DNA of 63,962 bases, from positions 71,330,264-71,394,225 of the forward strand of contig JASCQW010000001.1 in assembly GCA_030264375.1 (NCBI GenBank). Direction: 5' to 3'. A model generated the notes under the pieces. That model worked only from the letters and a program-made list of their open reading frames with translations. It had not been told where the DNA came from and did no database searches. The position numbers and the translations under genes are program-made. The DNA comes from Carcharhinus longimanus (Eukaryota). Below, in pieces: positions 10,885 through 24,619 of the stretch. How positions within the stretch are numbered: the stretch's first letter is position 1; each line of letters opens with the position of its first letter.

Positions 10885-11040
10885 ATCACAGACCTTCAAG
10901 TGGTTAGACTATGTGCATTGGTCCTGCTAAATTCTCCCACAGTGCACCTGAACAGGTGTTGGAATGTGACAATTAGGGGATTTTCACAATAATTTCATTG
11001 CAGTGAAGTAAACATACTTGTGACATTAATCAATAAACTT
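10885..11040 (+). mobile_element. 5'-truncated SINE, type B tail
   Basis: GTGCATTGGTCCTGCTAAATTCTCCC...GGATTTTCACAATAATTTCATTGCAGTG...AATAAAC. Confidence 0.75.
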
Positions 11041-13631
11041 AAGCTTAAAAGCGTGCACCTGGGTACTGCTGGGGTTTAACAAACTGAACTCATGCAGCTT
11101 ATCAGCACAGACTTCTATTCTTCCTATTGCTTATCCAACCAGTGTAACCCTATCAGTTAAAGACATTGGTTCACAGAGTTATGTGGAGCAGAGTAAGAAG
11201 GATCAAACGTCCCATGATGGGTTTATGTCTCCAGGTCCAAACACTGAGGCAGATTCAGTGGTCAAGCTTTTGACAGTGCTACTGATGGTTTAGCATTAGT
11301 TATGTACTTCCACCACGACCATAAGGAACATGCTTGACCTCAAAAAGATCTTGCATGGGGAGGAAAGCCACAAATTGGCTGTTAGATAAATGCAAATTTG
11401 AGACTTTCCCAGGCAGGCAGAAGATTCTAGCAGTGACTCATGAGTGGCCTAACTGCTGACTACAACCACAATAACCATTTCCATAATGTGAGAAGTGGCC
11501 CCAGGGTGCTTCACAGAGCTGTAACCAAAAGTCGGGACTTTGAATGAAATAAGGAGATATTAAGAAGGATAAAGCTTGTTCAATATAATGGATTTTAACA
11601 AGTGCTTTAAATGACAATATGGTGATAGAGATGTGGACGAGATTCGAACCAGAAAGCCTTATATGTCAAAGGATATTTGTAAAGCGTTGGTTTTCTTCCG
11701 CATTCTGCAATTAACTAAGGGTTTCCAAATAGGTCAATGTTTGGCAAACAATATTTCACTGTTGTGCTGATGTGGTCCAATGAAATAATTCATAGCAATC
11801 CAGTTCATGAAATAAACCTCTGATGATTAACTTCAACTAACTTTATCCCTTAAAACAGAACTCATCCAGAATTTTGATAATTTTCTGATAATTAACAAAG
11901 AAAATGCGCCCAGGTAAACTGCCTGAATGAATGGAAGCATTTACAGGAAACAGAAATGTTTTCCATTTATATCTTGTCTCTCCTGAAATCAGGATGTCCC
12001 AGAGCGTAGCCTGTGTGATATTTCTGAGGCCCGGCCATTGTAGTAAGAAACACAATGGCCAGTTTGTGAACAGCAAGATCCCAATATCAGCAGTGAGATA
12101 AATGACCAGATAATCAGCTGTGGGTTGAATGTCCTGTGAGTCAGAAGAGAACTTGCTACTGTTGAGCCAAGTAGGAAATCGATGCTTTCCGAAGTAGCTT
12201 TTCATCTTAAAAAAAGATTTTTCTGTGTAGCTTTATAAATGTATTTTAGCCTTTTACATAAAAAAAGAGTTTGGGTGTCATTTTGGCACGGCACAGTGAT
12301 GCTTCTATTTTTGTAACTCTGGCAGGATTCCCTTTTGCGCTCTCTTTCCTTTTCTGAAGGCACTGCTGTTTACTTTTCATGGACAGGCTTTCAATAGCTC
12401 ATCTGGTGACCACTGCTCACATTATAAACTTAGTCGGTCATTGTTGGCATGCTATTTTGGAAAACATCACAATTGAACCTTGCCTTCACGCAATCACTTC
12501 CCAGCAGAAGTGACTAGATAGGAATCGGAGCAAGAACCTTTACAGATTTCTCTCTCCCCACAGCAGTGTACTGAGACTAAAGGTCACACCCCAATGACTT
12601 GAGATTAATTAACTCCATACCAATCAAAGATCAATTGTGACATACTTTCCAGGTGGTCTTTATGCTCTATGGCTTTTGGAGAATTCACCAACAAATAATG
12701 TTGAGGCTATGATGAGAGTCAGTCTGTAGGAATATTGTGAATAAAAAAGATTCTGGAAATTTAAACATGAGTCAGTGACTGGCATTTTGACATTTACCTG
12801 CAATGCATAAGTCCTGTTAAAATCAGCCCAAAGAACTGCGATTAAACTGAATACATTGGAGGCCATCATGATACATATATCAGCATGGACTTTGTGTTCT
12901 ATTCCTCTGGCAGAAAATTGTCTTGCGTTGCTCGCTTAGAGGGACTCCAGTATTATCTACTGTAGTTTAAATCATGTAGCATCCCAATAATAACGTCTTC
13001 TGATTCTGTTAGCTCTCAACAGCTGCCCTCGTCACTGCCACCTCAGTATTACTTTGTATTCTGTAGGCAGATACTTCCTATTGTTCTGGGAGATACTGAG
13101 GGCAGCTAACGGTGGCCTGGTTTTAAGCCATTTGTTTAGCGTGTTGTTATTATGCAGTTTCTTACTGTTAACAAAGCCATTAGAACTGAGAAGTCTTCTG
13201 ACTTGTGGTAGCCAAACAAAAGCAAGCATTGTTGGTTGTGATATTCACACATTTGGATGCTGCTGCCACTGAGATTTTTCAGCAGAACTGTAGTTGTATA
13301 TTTGTTATCTGTAAGGAATGAGCAATTCCCTTCTGCAAACTTACGAACCAAAGGGAAAAAATGACACTTGCTTTCACAGACATAAACAGCTTTAGTTTTA
13401 AAGAGGGTGAGAACAACAGTTACGGAAAAGTCATTTCTTAATGTGCGCTTGCTGAAGTCTTGTTTATATCACTCTTTGACTGTTTAAGAAAGCTCCATGA
13501 GTCAAAAAATAGAGCAGAGGTATAGGGCACATCAACACAACTTGTGCAGGACAGTGCCAAAATGTTAGAAATCCCCTGTCCTCCAAAGTCATGACGTGGC
13601 CTCATGTGGGGAATTCTGTGGGAATCTTGGA

Positions 13632-13885
13632 AGTAAAAAGTCTGACAACACCAGGTTTTAGTCCAACCTATTTATTTGATAATATTCTCACAAGCTTTCG
13701 GGTTANNNNNNNNNNNNNNNNNNNNNNNNNNNNNNNNNNNNNNNNNNNNNNNNNNNNNNNNNNNNNNNNNNNNNNNNNNNNNNNNNNNNNNNNNNNNNNN
13801 NNNNNTTCGCCAACAGGAAGGGAACAGTCTTGCCTGGTAACTGTCGAGCGATGTTCATTCATCCGTTGTCGTAGCGTCTGCATGA
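13632..13885 (-). mobile_element. 5'-truncated Penelope-like retroelement (GIY-YIG remnant plus terminal repeat)
   Basis: Minus frame reads MQTLRQRMNEHRSTVTRQDCSLPVGE, the segment that follows YIGET in Penelope GIY-YIG endonucleases. After the gap comes the same terminal repeat as 4139-4213. Confidence 0.8.
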
Positions 13886-16800
13886 CCCACATCAATCTTG
13901 GAAGTGGCAGAGCCTTCCCCTGCCCCACACTGAGTCACGCAGTATCAATGGGGTTGGGTCAGGATACTCAGGATTCCCAATCACGGGGTTTCCCCATTTC
14001 TGGCCCTCAGAGGAAAGTGGCATAGAATCAGGAGTGGTAGCAACCAAACTGCAGAATTGGAAACCCACCTGGTGAGGGCATAGGAGAGGCAATGAGGGCT
14101 CAGGCTGGAATTGTTGCAAAGTGGAGGCAAAGTTTTTGCATATATTTTGTACCCATTAAAAGATTTCTGTTTGCAATTTCCAGAGGGAGACTCAGCAACT
14201 TGCAAAGTCTCATTACCACCCCAGATTGTGAAGCAGCTAGGTGCTCTAGATGCACCCACCATTGCCGTCCTAGATAAGGAGCTTCCTCATAGTTACCATA
14301 AGGCTCAATCCCTGTTTAACTCATGAGATTGCTGGCTCACTCATTTTCAGGCTGTTGTATTGAATTGAAAATGAACCATTTTTTCAAATATGAAATCACA
14401 ATTTATCCTGCCCCTACTTCCAGTTAGTTTTGGATAGAGAGCATTCAACCTGGGCTGATCTGCATGCTGCTTCCAAATCACCAATTGAGATGCGCGCATT
14501 ACAGAATGAGTTTGCCACAGAGCGTGAGGAGTTTTAACTGTGATGAGTTGTGCCTGGAGGATCTCCAATTATCAGCACTGTTTCAAAATAAAACCTTTAA
14601 CTGTGGGACAAAACTTAAACCTTGATATGAAAAAAATAGCGCTGCACGAGATATTGTTCTTAAATACTGCACACTATAGAACTTATCTTTCCCTAATTGG
14701 TAGCTATGACCTTGCTAACTGTGCTCTGAATGACTCTTTTTCATTCCTAGATGACAAAGACAGTAAACATTCTTTCTTTCTGCCTACTCTTGTCGTACAC
14801 TAGCAAACTGAATTTTAACAATAGTTAGTTATTCGTTGCAATTTTTTTCCTTGAATTCTCCCTGAAACATAGGAGTGGTTTTATGGTCCTGCTACCAGCG
14901 TATTTGAAGGTGGGGGTGGAGGGATATGTAAAGTAAAGCAAGTGGCCAGCCCACCAACTTCGCATCCACCCTGACCTGTGCCCGATATTAGATGGGTAAG
15001 GTGTCAGGCATTCTGTCTGCCCTTCGACCAATTGAGGCCCCTAACTAGACAATTAACTGCCTCTTAAGTGCCTCTGTCCACCTCTGTTGCAATATTTCGA
15101 CCTTAAGATGGAAGGAAGGCACCTAGCTGGCAGCTATGGCACTGTAGACTGTCAGGAAGGAGACATTGCTATCTGCATGGGGGATACCCAATAATCATCA
15201 GGGTCACCCCACCCCAGGATTATACCCCCATTTGTGTCTCTTAAAACACAACACCCTCCCTCCAACCCTCTCTTGCTGCTCACCCAAAATGCTCGGTTTA
15301 CCTTCAAATTGGGAGACATTGATCTGGGTTGACCCAGATCTTCTGGTCTCTGAATAGGCAGAGACACAAAGTATGTGCAGGATCCACTGGAAGTCCCAAC
15401 CAAGGAACATACTCAGTACCTATGTGGTAAATTTAATCTTCTGATTGCTGGTGTTACCTTGCCAGGATTGCTCCATGATTAACCAAAACCATGCAGATTT
15501 AAGGAGCTCACTCTGTATTTACCCGGTTTTTACATAGATTTATTGAGGAATTTTCAGAGCAGGTATAAAACCAGCTAAATTCTAAGTAAATCACTAAGTA
15601 AGTGTTCAATTAAGGCCACCCTCAGCATAATATCACTGCAGGGCAGCTGGATTTAAAGTCGGCAAGATGCCGACTTGGAGAGGGGCCTCCCTCCATTCTA
15701 AGCCCACCCTATATCTGATCCCTGGTATCTTGCCCTCATTTCCATTCATCAAATGTGTGACCAGAGAGTGGGCTACTTAACTTAGGAAATTACAGTCAAA
15801 GTCAGACTGATTCCCACCAGATGTCCATGTACACAATTCTGTCCACCAATAGAGCTTGGTACAGTCCGTGGTGTGTGCAGAGTAAGCTGATCTCAGTTAT
15901 AGACATAATTAGCTTGCACGCTCCCGGGCTTAAGGGAAAAAATGGCTGCCAATCCATCTTATTAACATTATCTAGTTTAGTGACCCCTGCAATTGGCCTC
16001 AATAGCCCTGGGCTTGGGAGTGGTGAAATCAGCCAGGATTCTAGTTCCAGATCACTGTCTAGTGAGTCCTGTCAGCAAGTGGCCACGGTTGCATGTCAGT
16101 TGTGTCAATGTCTGCTTTCTGACAGGATTCACACAATAGTTCTGGTTCAGTGTTGTTTCCTCTTGTCCCCGTGGTCAGAAAATTGCTAGCTCTCTCAAGC
16201 TGAAGCAATGCTTGAACAAAGTACTAGAGAGCTGCGAGTGCTTATAGCGTAATGAAAAACTATCTTCAGGTGAGACCAGGTAAGAGGAAATAAAATTTAG
16301 CAGGACAAAAAACCACATTACTCCAGCAAAATCGCATTTACCAACTTGGCAAACCTTCCAGAGCATACTGTCATGGAACTGAACGCATGAAAACTTCCCA
16401 ATGGAGTATAGTATCCATTTAAGCAAAACAGTGAATGGCTCTTCAGAGTTGGCTGTATCTATAAGGCAGAAAATGAATGCCAAAAATGTTGCAGTTGGCC
16501 AACTGATTGACAAGTAGCATTATCTTCAGAGCAAAGCTTTGAAGAATGCAGAGGCTGTGAAGCAGGAGATATGGGTGAAGTAGGTGGCAAAATGCTCCAC
16601 TTGCTTGTGTCTAATGAAGCTGTGTGTTCTGCTCCAATGGGAGGACTAAATGGGGCCAAGGCTGGTTAAATGCCAGGAATTCATAGTTGCTTGCCACCTG
16701 TAATCTTGATTTGACAATGTGTGAAAGAGTGAGCTATGATCATTTGGCAGCATACAGCAGATCTGCTTGAGGTAATCTATTGCAGGCTCATTCCTTCCAT

Positions 16801-18792
16801 TCAGTTTATTCTGCGAAACCACTATATTTACTACTCAGCTGTTAACTGCTGGAAATTTTACTTAAGAGTGTTGAAATGATGCTGTTTTGCTTCCAATTGT
16901 TGTTTAATTAGTCAACACAGAAGTGAGTGTCACTAAAATGGTTAAAAGGAAGGAGGCAGAGTACCCATACTGTAATGCATTACTGCAAAGCATTCTTTCA
17001 GAATAAACTCCAGGACTCTTATTTTTCCCTTTCCTGCTGTAAGGATTGGACCTAAAAGAAAAGGGACTTGTTTAGAGGAAGGAGGGAATAAAATTGAACG
17101 TTGAAAGCTTTTATTAATTCAGAAACATTTTGAAATAATTTGAACAGTTGTACAATTGTTATCACATTATTCCTCAATGTAGGAAGGCTGACTAATTCAG
17201 ATTGTAATATAATTCTATGTTGCACTGATGACGTACTTGAGATGAAAGATATATTAAAATACAGTAACCTCCAGTGCAGAGATTGAATAGTGCCTCAGTG
17301 TCCTGGTTGTTGGTGGCCTTTAACTTTCAGAGTATTACGCTTAGTAGACATTCCATTCTGAGGAGACTAGCACTGCCAAGGGATTGTGTGATTTAATGTT
17401 TTAATTCCCTGTATGCACACTGTCAGTGCTGGTTACCACCATAGGAAGGAAGTTTCCCTGATCTCTGAAAGGACCATTGGGTTTCGCTATAATAATATAT
17501 TAAAAGATTACAAATCCCCAAACATGATATTATGTTTGTACACACTAGCAGTACAGCATTAGAAATCAGCGCAGGATTATAGCCCTCTGAGCGCAGTCAG
17601 GCATATCTATTTCTGTGGAAATGGAAAAGACCCTCTGCTCCATCAAATCAAGTCTGTCCCACACCATTGTGATAATTTAAGTAGTAATTATATGCCCTCC
17701 ATTCATAAAATGTAAAGGTGTCAATTGTGTTTCAATGGTCAATTTTAATCCTTATTTTCAGTTTCAATTTCTTGAAAAACAGTGAATGCTAAGCAGGAGG
17801 GGAATGTTTAAAATGAAGACTAGGTTGGAAAATGAAAGTAGTCTAAGGAGTTTTTAAAGCAGAGCGAGTGAATAGAGGGAGCAGGACTGTAGTGGTTACA
17901 TTTGGCAACATCAATAATGAAGAACTGAAAAGTGGTGAGAAGCTCAGTATTAGAGGCATGGAGGGGGTATGCAGGAAATTTAAAACTAGGCCAAAATTTT
18001 TGAGTCACCCCTCTAGGGTTTCCATAGTGTCTAAGCCGAGAGAGAGCAAGAAAGTCGGGAGTAGCATTCAGCCCACCCCTCATCGCCAAACTTTACATTA
18101 CAGATATAGTTACCCCTTCAAAAAGCCAGCAGCAGCTTTGGGCCCTTGCAGTATGTCTCTCTGTAGTCAAGTTACTAGAGAGAATGGGCCTGATTTTAAC
18201 TTGGTGCAAATGAGCAGATTTGAATAATTTAAAATCTTGCCTCAAGACAGTGGCCCTGAGTGGTCCCACCTGACCCAGCTCCTGCCAGCAGCAGAAAAAT
18301 CCTGAGATTTTACAACTCTCCCACAGGACTGAGAGGAAAGTTGAATTTGACTGAGAAATAATGGGTGATAAATGATGTGTCGGGGTTCACAGCTGGCTAG
18401 AGAGCTGGCGAAAGACCAACACTGCCTCTTCTCAAGATGGCCTACAAAATCACATGCCTGTCAGGCTTTGAGGAACCCACTGGGTGGACCTTCCTCTGGA
18501 ACCAGGTCTCTGGGGTGGAAGTCCCCACCTAGCAAGAGTTACCAGCTAGTCAGCAGCTGGCAGCTCTTGCACGTAACAGGCGGCCGTGATTGCTGCTAGA
18601 AAAACATCCCCCCCCCACCCAGGGTGCCAGGGATCATGGACAAAGGGAAAGTAATATCACCTTAAGTGGCACTGTGTCGATTTTTCCTCTCATGTTGCTT
18701 CTGTGAAGCATGTGAGACATTTTATTATATTAAAGGCACCAAATCAATGCAAGCTTTGTTGTTAACTATGAGATGTTCTTTTTCCTTTTTAG

Positions 18793-18864
18793 AGATTGAG
18801 GCCAAGGAGGCATGTGATTGGCTGCGGGCAGCAGGGTTCCCCCAATATGCCCAGCTGTATGAAG
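18793..18864 (+). CDS. DLC1: DLC1 exon 2 (SAM domain)
   Basis: Acceptor tttccttttttag, IEAKEACDWLRAAGFPQYAQLYE, donor GTGAGG; 72 nt, phase 1-1. Confidence 0.97.
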
Positions 18865-19410
18865 GTGAGGCACCACATACCATAGTTAGAAACTAATACA
18901 TATCATCAGATAAAAGTTGACATGAAAAAACATATTTTTGAGTCTTGTGGTAACTATTAAATTTACACCTTAAAGACAGGTGAAGTTTCCCACTGTGCAC
19001 TAACCACAGTTCTTCTATTTAGATCACTCAAAACCACAACACATTGATGGCGATTATTTTATTGCCAGGGGAAAATTTCTGAAGTTTGTTTTGGAAAACC
19101 TTTTTAGCAGACTAGCCCATCATTTTAAGTTGTGGTATTGGAGATGTTTAAAGCTTCACAAAATGAAAGAAATGAAAATGTTGAAGGTAGATTTTTAATT
19201 ATGGTTTGAATTGAGGATTTGGGAAAGAAAAGGATTGAGACAGCTCAGGTTCACTTATGATGACCCCCATATCTGAAAACTCTGACAGTCTGGAATCACA
19301 TAAAAAGAATGTGTCAGAGGATCCATAGCTCAGCAAGGAATCAGTGCTTCAGGGGAGAGGAAAACTGACAGATAAACTTCATAAACATTTTCCTCTGGTA
19401 TAAAGAGATT

Positions 19411-19771
19411 TCATAGAATTGTTACAGTGGAAAAGAGGCCATTCAGCCTATTAATTCTGCATTGACTGCCTGACAGAGTAACTTACCCAGGCCCTTTGCC
19501 CTGCCCTAACCACAGAACCCCACATGTTTCCCATGGCTAATCCATCTAACCGACATATATGGGACCCTAAGGTGCAATTTAGGATGGCCAATCCACCTAG
19601 TCTGTACATCTTTGGTCTGTGGGAGGAAACTGGAGCACCCCAGAGAAAACCCATGTGGACACAGGGAGAAGGTGCAAACTCCCACTCAGACAGTCACTCA
19701 AGACTGGAATCAAACCTGGATCCGTGGCGCTGTGAGATAGCAGTGCTAACCACTGTTCCACCGTGCTGTCC
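19411..19771 (-). mobile_element. HE1/V-SINE-like SINE with CR1-type tail
   Basis: Reverse complement of head, core and tail. Confidence 0.87.
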
Positions 19772-20744
19772 TTTGTTGACTGATTATGGAAATGAAAGGA
19801 TTGAAAAGTAATAGTTTGACAGAAAACAATAAAGTGATAATGTGTGTTCATGTGACTGGCTGGGAAATGAGAAAACTTCCAAATTTCAACAGGTACCAGT
19901 CAATTCTTATAGTACTGTGCCTATGAAAAGCAAAGAATTCATTCATTCCAAAAGATAATGTGGCTATTATGAAAAATAAATTTAAATGAGGTTTGCTGCC
20001 CTTTAACATTCCTCTTGGCAGAAAACCCTAATTTCTGTTTATCTTGCGTGATTTGCTTCTTGTGGTCACCATTGTTAGTCAGTCTTTCCAACCCCCTAAC
20101 TGAATTTAAAAGAACCACACTGGATGGAAAGTGATCCCATAATAAGTGTAAATTTATCTAGTGCAATTATGGAAACAAAAAGCAAGTAAGCGCCACCGGG
20201 AATAGTTTTCACTTAATGATAACTCTTTCCCCTCACCATCGTGAGGTAAAAATATACAGCATTGCATTGATGCTTGATCGGTGGTGTTAAGTAGTATTGG
20301 GGTATGTCAGTTAATGTACTAAACTAGTAACCCAAGTTTTTAAATTCACATGCCATTGTTGACTGTGAAATTAAATTGAAGAACTTTGGTAATTGTGTAC
20401 TGACATTTTGATGGAATAACTATAAAAGAGGGAAGGTCTGAAAGACTGAGGATTTTCAAATCCTTTGCTTGCAACTTAATCCAATGACTTTAAGATTACT
20501 TATGATAATTGTATTTATTTCTCTCTGCGTTGTACCCATTCCATGAATTCCTCAGATTTAAAATGCAAACTTTCGTCACATCTTACAAGGACTGTTCATG
20601 TTTTACTAGAATTTATACTGTTTACCTTGGTGGGTTAAGTTTTCTCTGTTTTGTAGACCAATAGACATCTGGCTTTATTATACAAAGCTGCTCTGATTAG
20701 TATGAATTGTGTTTTTCTTAACATGAATCTTGATTACACAACAG

Positions 20745-20826
20745 ATTCACTCTTCCCCATTGACATTTCATCAGTGAAGAGGGACCATGACTTTCTGGAT
20801 CGAGATGCAATTGAATCACTTTGCAG
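20745..20826 (+). CDS. DLC1: DLC1 exon 3 (SAM domain)
   Basis: Acceptor acaacag, DSLFPIDISSVKRDHDFLDRDAIESLCR, donor GTAGGC; 82 nt. Confidence 0.96.
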
Positions 20827-21082
20827 GTAGGCATTGATTGTTAGACATCATTCCCTACTTTGTTCAGTACATGGCAGAATGATTGGAGGCCTCAGACGCA
20901 ATCAGATTTTTTTTATCCATGGCAGTTCACGAATGAAGACTTTCAAAATCTCTTTGAACATATTTTGGTCTTCAGAAATGCTAAATTATATAACTGCACC
21001 AACCAAAGCTGTGGAATAGAACAATCAGTCTATTCAAATGTCTGTATACTGGGAAAATTGGTAGGACACGAGGTTTCTGAGA

Positions 21083-21190
21083 CAAAATAAAAAACAGGAA
21101 GCGCTGTAAATACTCAGCAAGTTTGGCAGCATCTGTGGAGGGTGAAACAGAATTGACATTTCGAGTCGAATGTGCCATTTCTTCAGGGAG
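21083..21190 (-). mobile_element. Single-arm copy of the 826-1025 family
   Basis: ACTCAGCAAGTTTGGCAGCATCTGTGGAG matches the arm. The minus strand reads CTGAAGA...GACTC-GAAA-TGTC. Confidence 0.65.
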
Positions 21191-21289
21191 GATTCTAAGT
21201 GTGCTTTGTGAAGTGTGTTGGTGCTGCAGCAACATGTACTGTGGATAGGATTCTCTGATCTTGTCCCTGACTGGCCCACTGCAAGTAAG

Positions 21290-21505
21290 AACAGAGAATT
21301 TGGTATTCAAGCCAAAATTCCATTCACTTTCAGCAGCACTGGACAATCTCAGCCGTGACCGAGGACAGACAAAGCATGCCATTCATAGAGTATATAGGGG
21401 ACAAGGAAAGGAGAGTGTGCAGAATGTAGTGTTACAGTCATAGCTAAGAGTGTAGAGAAAGATCAACTTTAAAAAAAGTAGGTCCATTCAAAAGTCTGAT
21501 GGTAA
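21290..21505 (-). mobile_element. Probable LINE 3' end (Rex1/Babar-like, tentative)
   Basis: GTGCAGAATGTAGTGTTACAGTCATAGCT...AGGTCCATTCAAAAGTCTGATGG resembles the 3' region of fish and shark Rex1-type LINEs as I recall it. Confidence 0.4.
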
Positions 21506-23762
21506 GAGATTGAAGTAGAGCATTGTTAGAGAGTTTATAAGAGGTAGTGTACAGTTTTAAAAGCATAGGATGAAAGTAAGAGATAGAATTAGAGGGTATG
21601 CTGGGGCTAGTCACAAGAAGTCTCCATGCTCTGGTGCCATCTGACACTATCAACAATCGAAGAACAATACATTGTTTAAGATTTATAATTATAAAACCAT
21701 TTCTTGTATTCATTTCATATCATTAGTGAGGTAAAGCTAATTTAACAATGGGGGTTAAATGGAGAAGCTCAGTTTGAAGAAGTATTTTGAATGAAAGTTA
21801 TATGCCCCTCCTTCACATCTCCATTACCACTGCCCATCTAGTGAGGCTCCTACCTGCTATGTGCAATCTAACATTAAATCTCTCCCCCTCTCCTAACGAT
21901 TGCTGTGTACTCAGCCAGTATAGTACTGATTTCAAGCTATTGATGTCTCCTGATCTGTAGCCAGGACTAAAAAGATTGTTGATCTCTGGTGATTATATGG
22001 AGCCAGCCACTAACCGACAAGAGCTGATAGCTGATGTTACTAGGATGGCTGTCTGGTTAGAGCACAAATTTCAGGGAAGTCTTTCAAACTCAGAACTTGA
22101 GTTTCAGGGACAAAATTAGTAGATCTGGAGTTGTGAGGAGAGATTACTTCTAATATACCAAATTGGAGATTATTAGCGAGATGGAGGAATAATTTGCATT
22201 AAAACACCCAACATGCGCACGCGCACGCATGCACACACACAGACCCCTTTATTAACAGTCGTGACATTATTTTCAGAATATCAGATCGTAGTGATAACAT
22301 TTATCTTGCTGTCAAAACATGCTAGAAATTAACTGGAACAATTTTGAATTAATGACGTTGTCAAAAGATTGGTCAAGTAGATTCCACTGATAAAGCACTT
22401 AGATACTTTGTAACGTTTTACAAGAGAAAGTGATACATTTGATAAGGGAATACATTTTTGCATGTGTTGCTCACCTGGCTTTTAGAGGAATGTACCCCAT
22501 CAGCGCCGTGCCTTTTTATTTTGTTTACCTTCCTGCCTCCATCGCTGTAGACACTTGGCTTATCTGTCACAGCTGACAGGAGGTTTGTGTGAATGTCAAT
22601 GCACAACAAAATGTTCGAATTATCAAAGGCATTCTTATCAGGCAGGCAGTTCATTTTTTGTTTCCCACATCAAAGTAACCGGGACTCCATAAGAGCACGA
22701 TTGCACAAGGTGAGGAGACAGTAGGCACTAGTCAGGAAAAAGGAGCTGCTTGCTCTCATTATGTAAAAAATGATCATCGTTCCTGCCTAAAAATTCTCAT
22801 TGCTGGTGAACATTCAATATTTCATTCCCCGTCTGAACTGAGAACTAAACCAAGAGTAAATGAACCCTTATGCAGCCAAAATTCACATCTGAAAACTGAA
22901 GGGGTGCAGGCGGGAATACTTGAAAGTGAGATGATCCACAACAGGCCTGCACATCTGGAAGCAGTTAATATGTAATTCTTTCACTCGCTGTGGTACAGGA
23001 TGGAAAGGAAGCCATGCTCAAGGACAGTACAAAAAAGTAGATTGATAGAACAGTTGATCTGCTGACTTATACAGTGGTGATGGTTATTGAGGAACCTAAA
23101 TAAAGGGCCAAGACTCAGGGTGCAGGACACCAGCAAGGGTGAAAAGGGAAGAAGACAAAAAAGGTAAATTGGGAGAGTAAGGGAAGAAAGCCGAGGGGAA
23201 AATAGGGAGTTCCAGTTTTGAGTTGGTGGGAAGGAATGAGCTAGAATAGAAAATGATGCCGAAAGCCTCAATCTTAACAGAAAAAAGAAATGTGTATATT
23301 ATGTTTCATAATTTATAAACATTATCATTTTGATATTTTATGGACAAGTTGTATTGGAGATAACTGCAATCATGAAATAAGTTAACTGAAGTCTATTGCA
23401 TTTTAATAATGCAATGAGTCTGGATGAAATGGAGTTTTTCTCACTTCTTTCAAAACAAAGTGTGTATACATTCCACAAAGTTACCAGGGGAACATGTAAA
23501 GACTGTGCTGTAATCAGGGTTGTACATTTGTTCTTTTGTTCTGCAGTTTCCCTACAGCACAGTGATTACCTGTCGAGTATAATGGATACTAATTGGAGCC
23601 TTTCATATACACATTTTTATGTAGATGAGCTCCACAGGCACTGTATAGAGCATATTCATGGTGAGGGGAATGGCAGGGGATGGGGGAGGGGAGGGTGGCT
23701 GGGGAAAGGATGTGCCTCTTGGTGCTGCTTGTCAATATTATTCTGTTTCTCTTTCTTTTTAG

Positions 23763-23826
23763 ACGATTGAACACCCTTAATAAGTGTGCAGTGATGAAAC
23801 TAGAAATCAGCCCACAGAGAAAACGA
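23763..23826 (+). CDS. DLC1: DLC1 exon 4 (end of SAM domain)
   Basis: Polypyrimidine tract plus AG, RLNTLNKCAVMKLEISPQRKR, donor GTAAGT; 64 nt. Confidence 0.97.
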
Positions 23827-24619
23827 GTAAGTTTAACCTTACACAGAGGTTTTTCGCACAAATTGTTAATCGCATGCTAGATTTTCCAGGTTTGTTTATA
23901 TTTTCATTAGTCATAGCAGCCGTCTTTTAATGGTGAAAGTGTTCCTGTTTAGCAAGGAGTTATTCAACATGCCAGTGGTGGCAGTAACATAATGTATGAA
24001 TGGTTTGGTGCCCTGATGGGGTTCACTAATTTTCAATTGTGATTGTATTGTTTGAGTTTGGCATTGTCCAGGCACTTCCCCACAGGACAGAAAATCAAAG
24101 GTCATGTCCCTGTGGGCAAATATCAGACACCTCTCCACAATGTTGGTATGGGCCAGCGTTGCTAGTAGTGACTAGCCCACTCACCTAGGGCATGTACTGA
24201 GGAGCCGAAAGAAAGGGACCAATATAATTAATAAAAATGCGACACTAAAATGAGAGAGAGCGTGAGTACACAGCAGAGTGTATATGATATCACTAATTCC
24301 AGAGCAGAATTTCAGTACAAAGTGGTGGACAGAAAGATTACTATAAAAATAATTCTAATCTACATTTATTTTGGGGGAAATGTAGTTATTAGGCTTTAAC
24401 TTCTGTTTTGAGGGAATGCTACATTTCCCTTTGTAATGTTTATCGGTCAGATTATGGACCACTGTTGTCACCCCCCAAATTTCAGCTTCAGTTTCACAAG
24501 CCAAAGAGGTACTTCCCAATAACATGTACCAAGATTACAGTGTTGGAAATGCTTCTCTTTTCATGAGCTCTTCAAAAGCAGTCAATGCTGCAGCAAATTG
24601 TCCTGTAATGCTTTGCACC

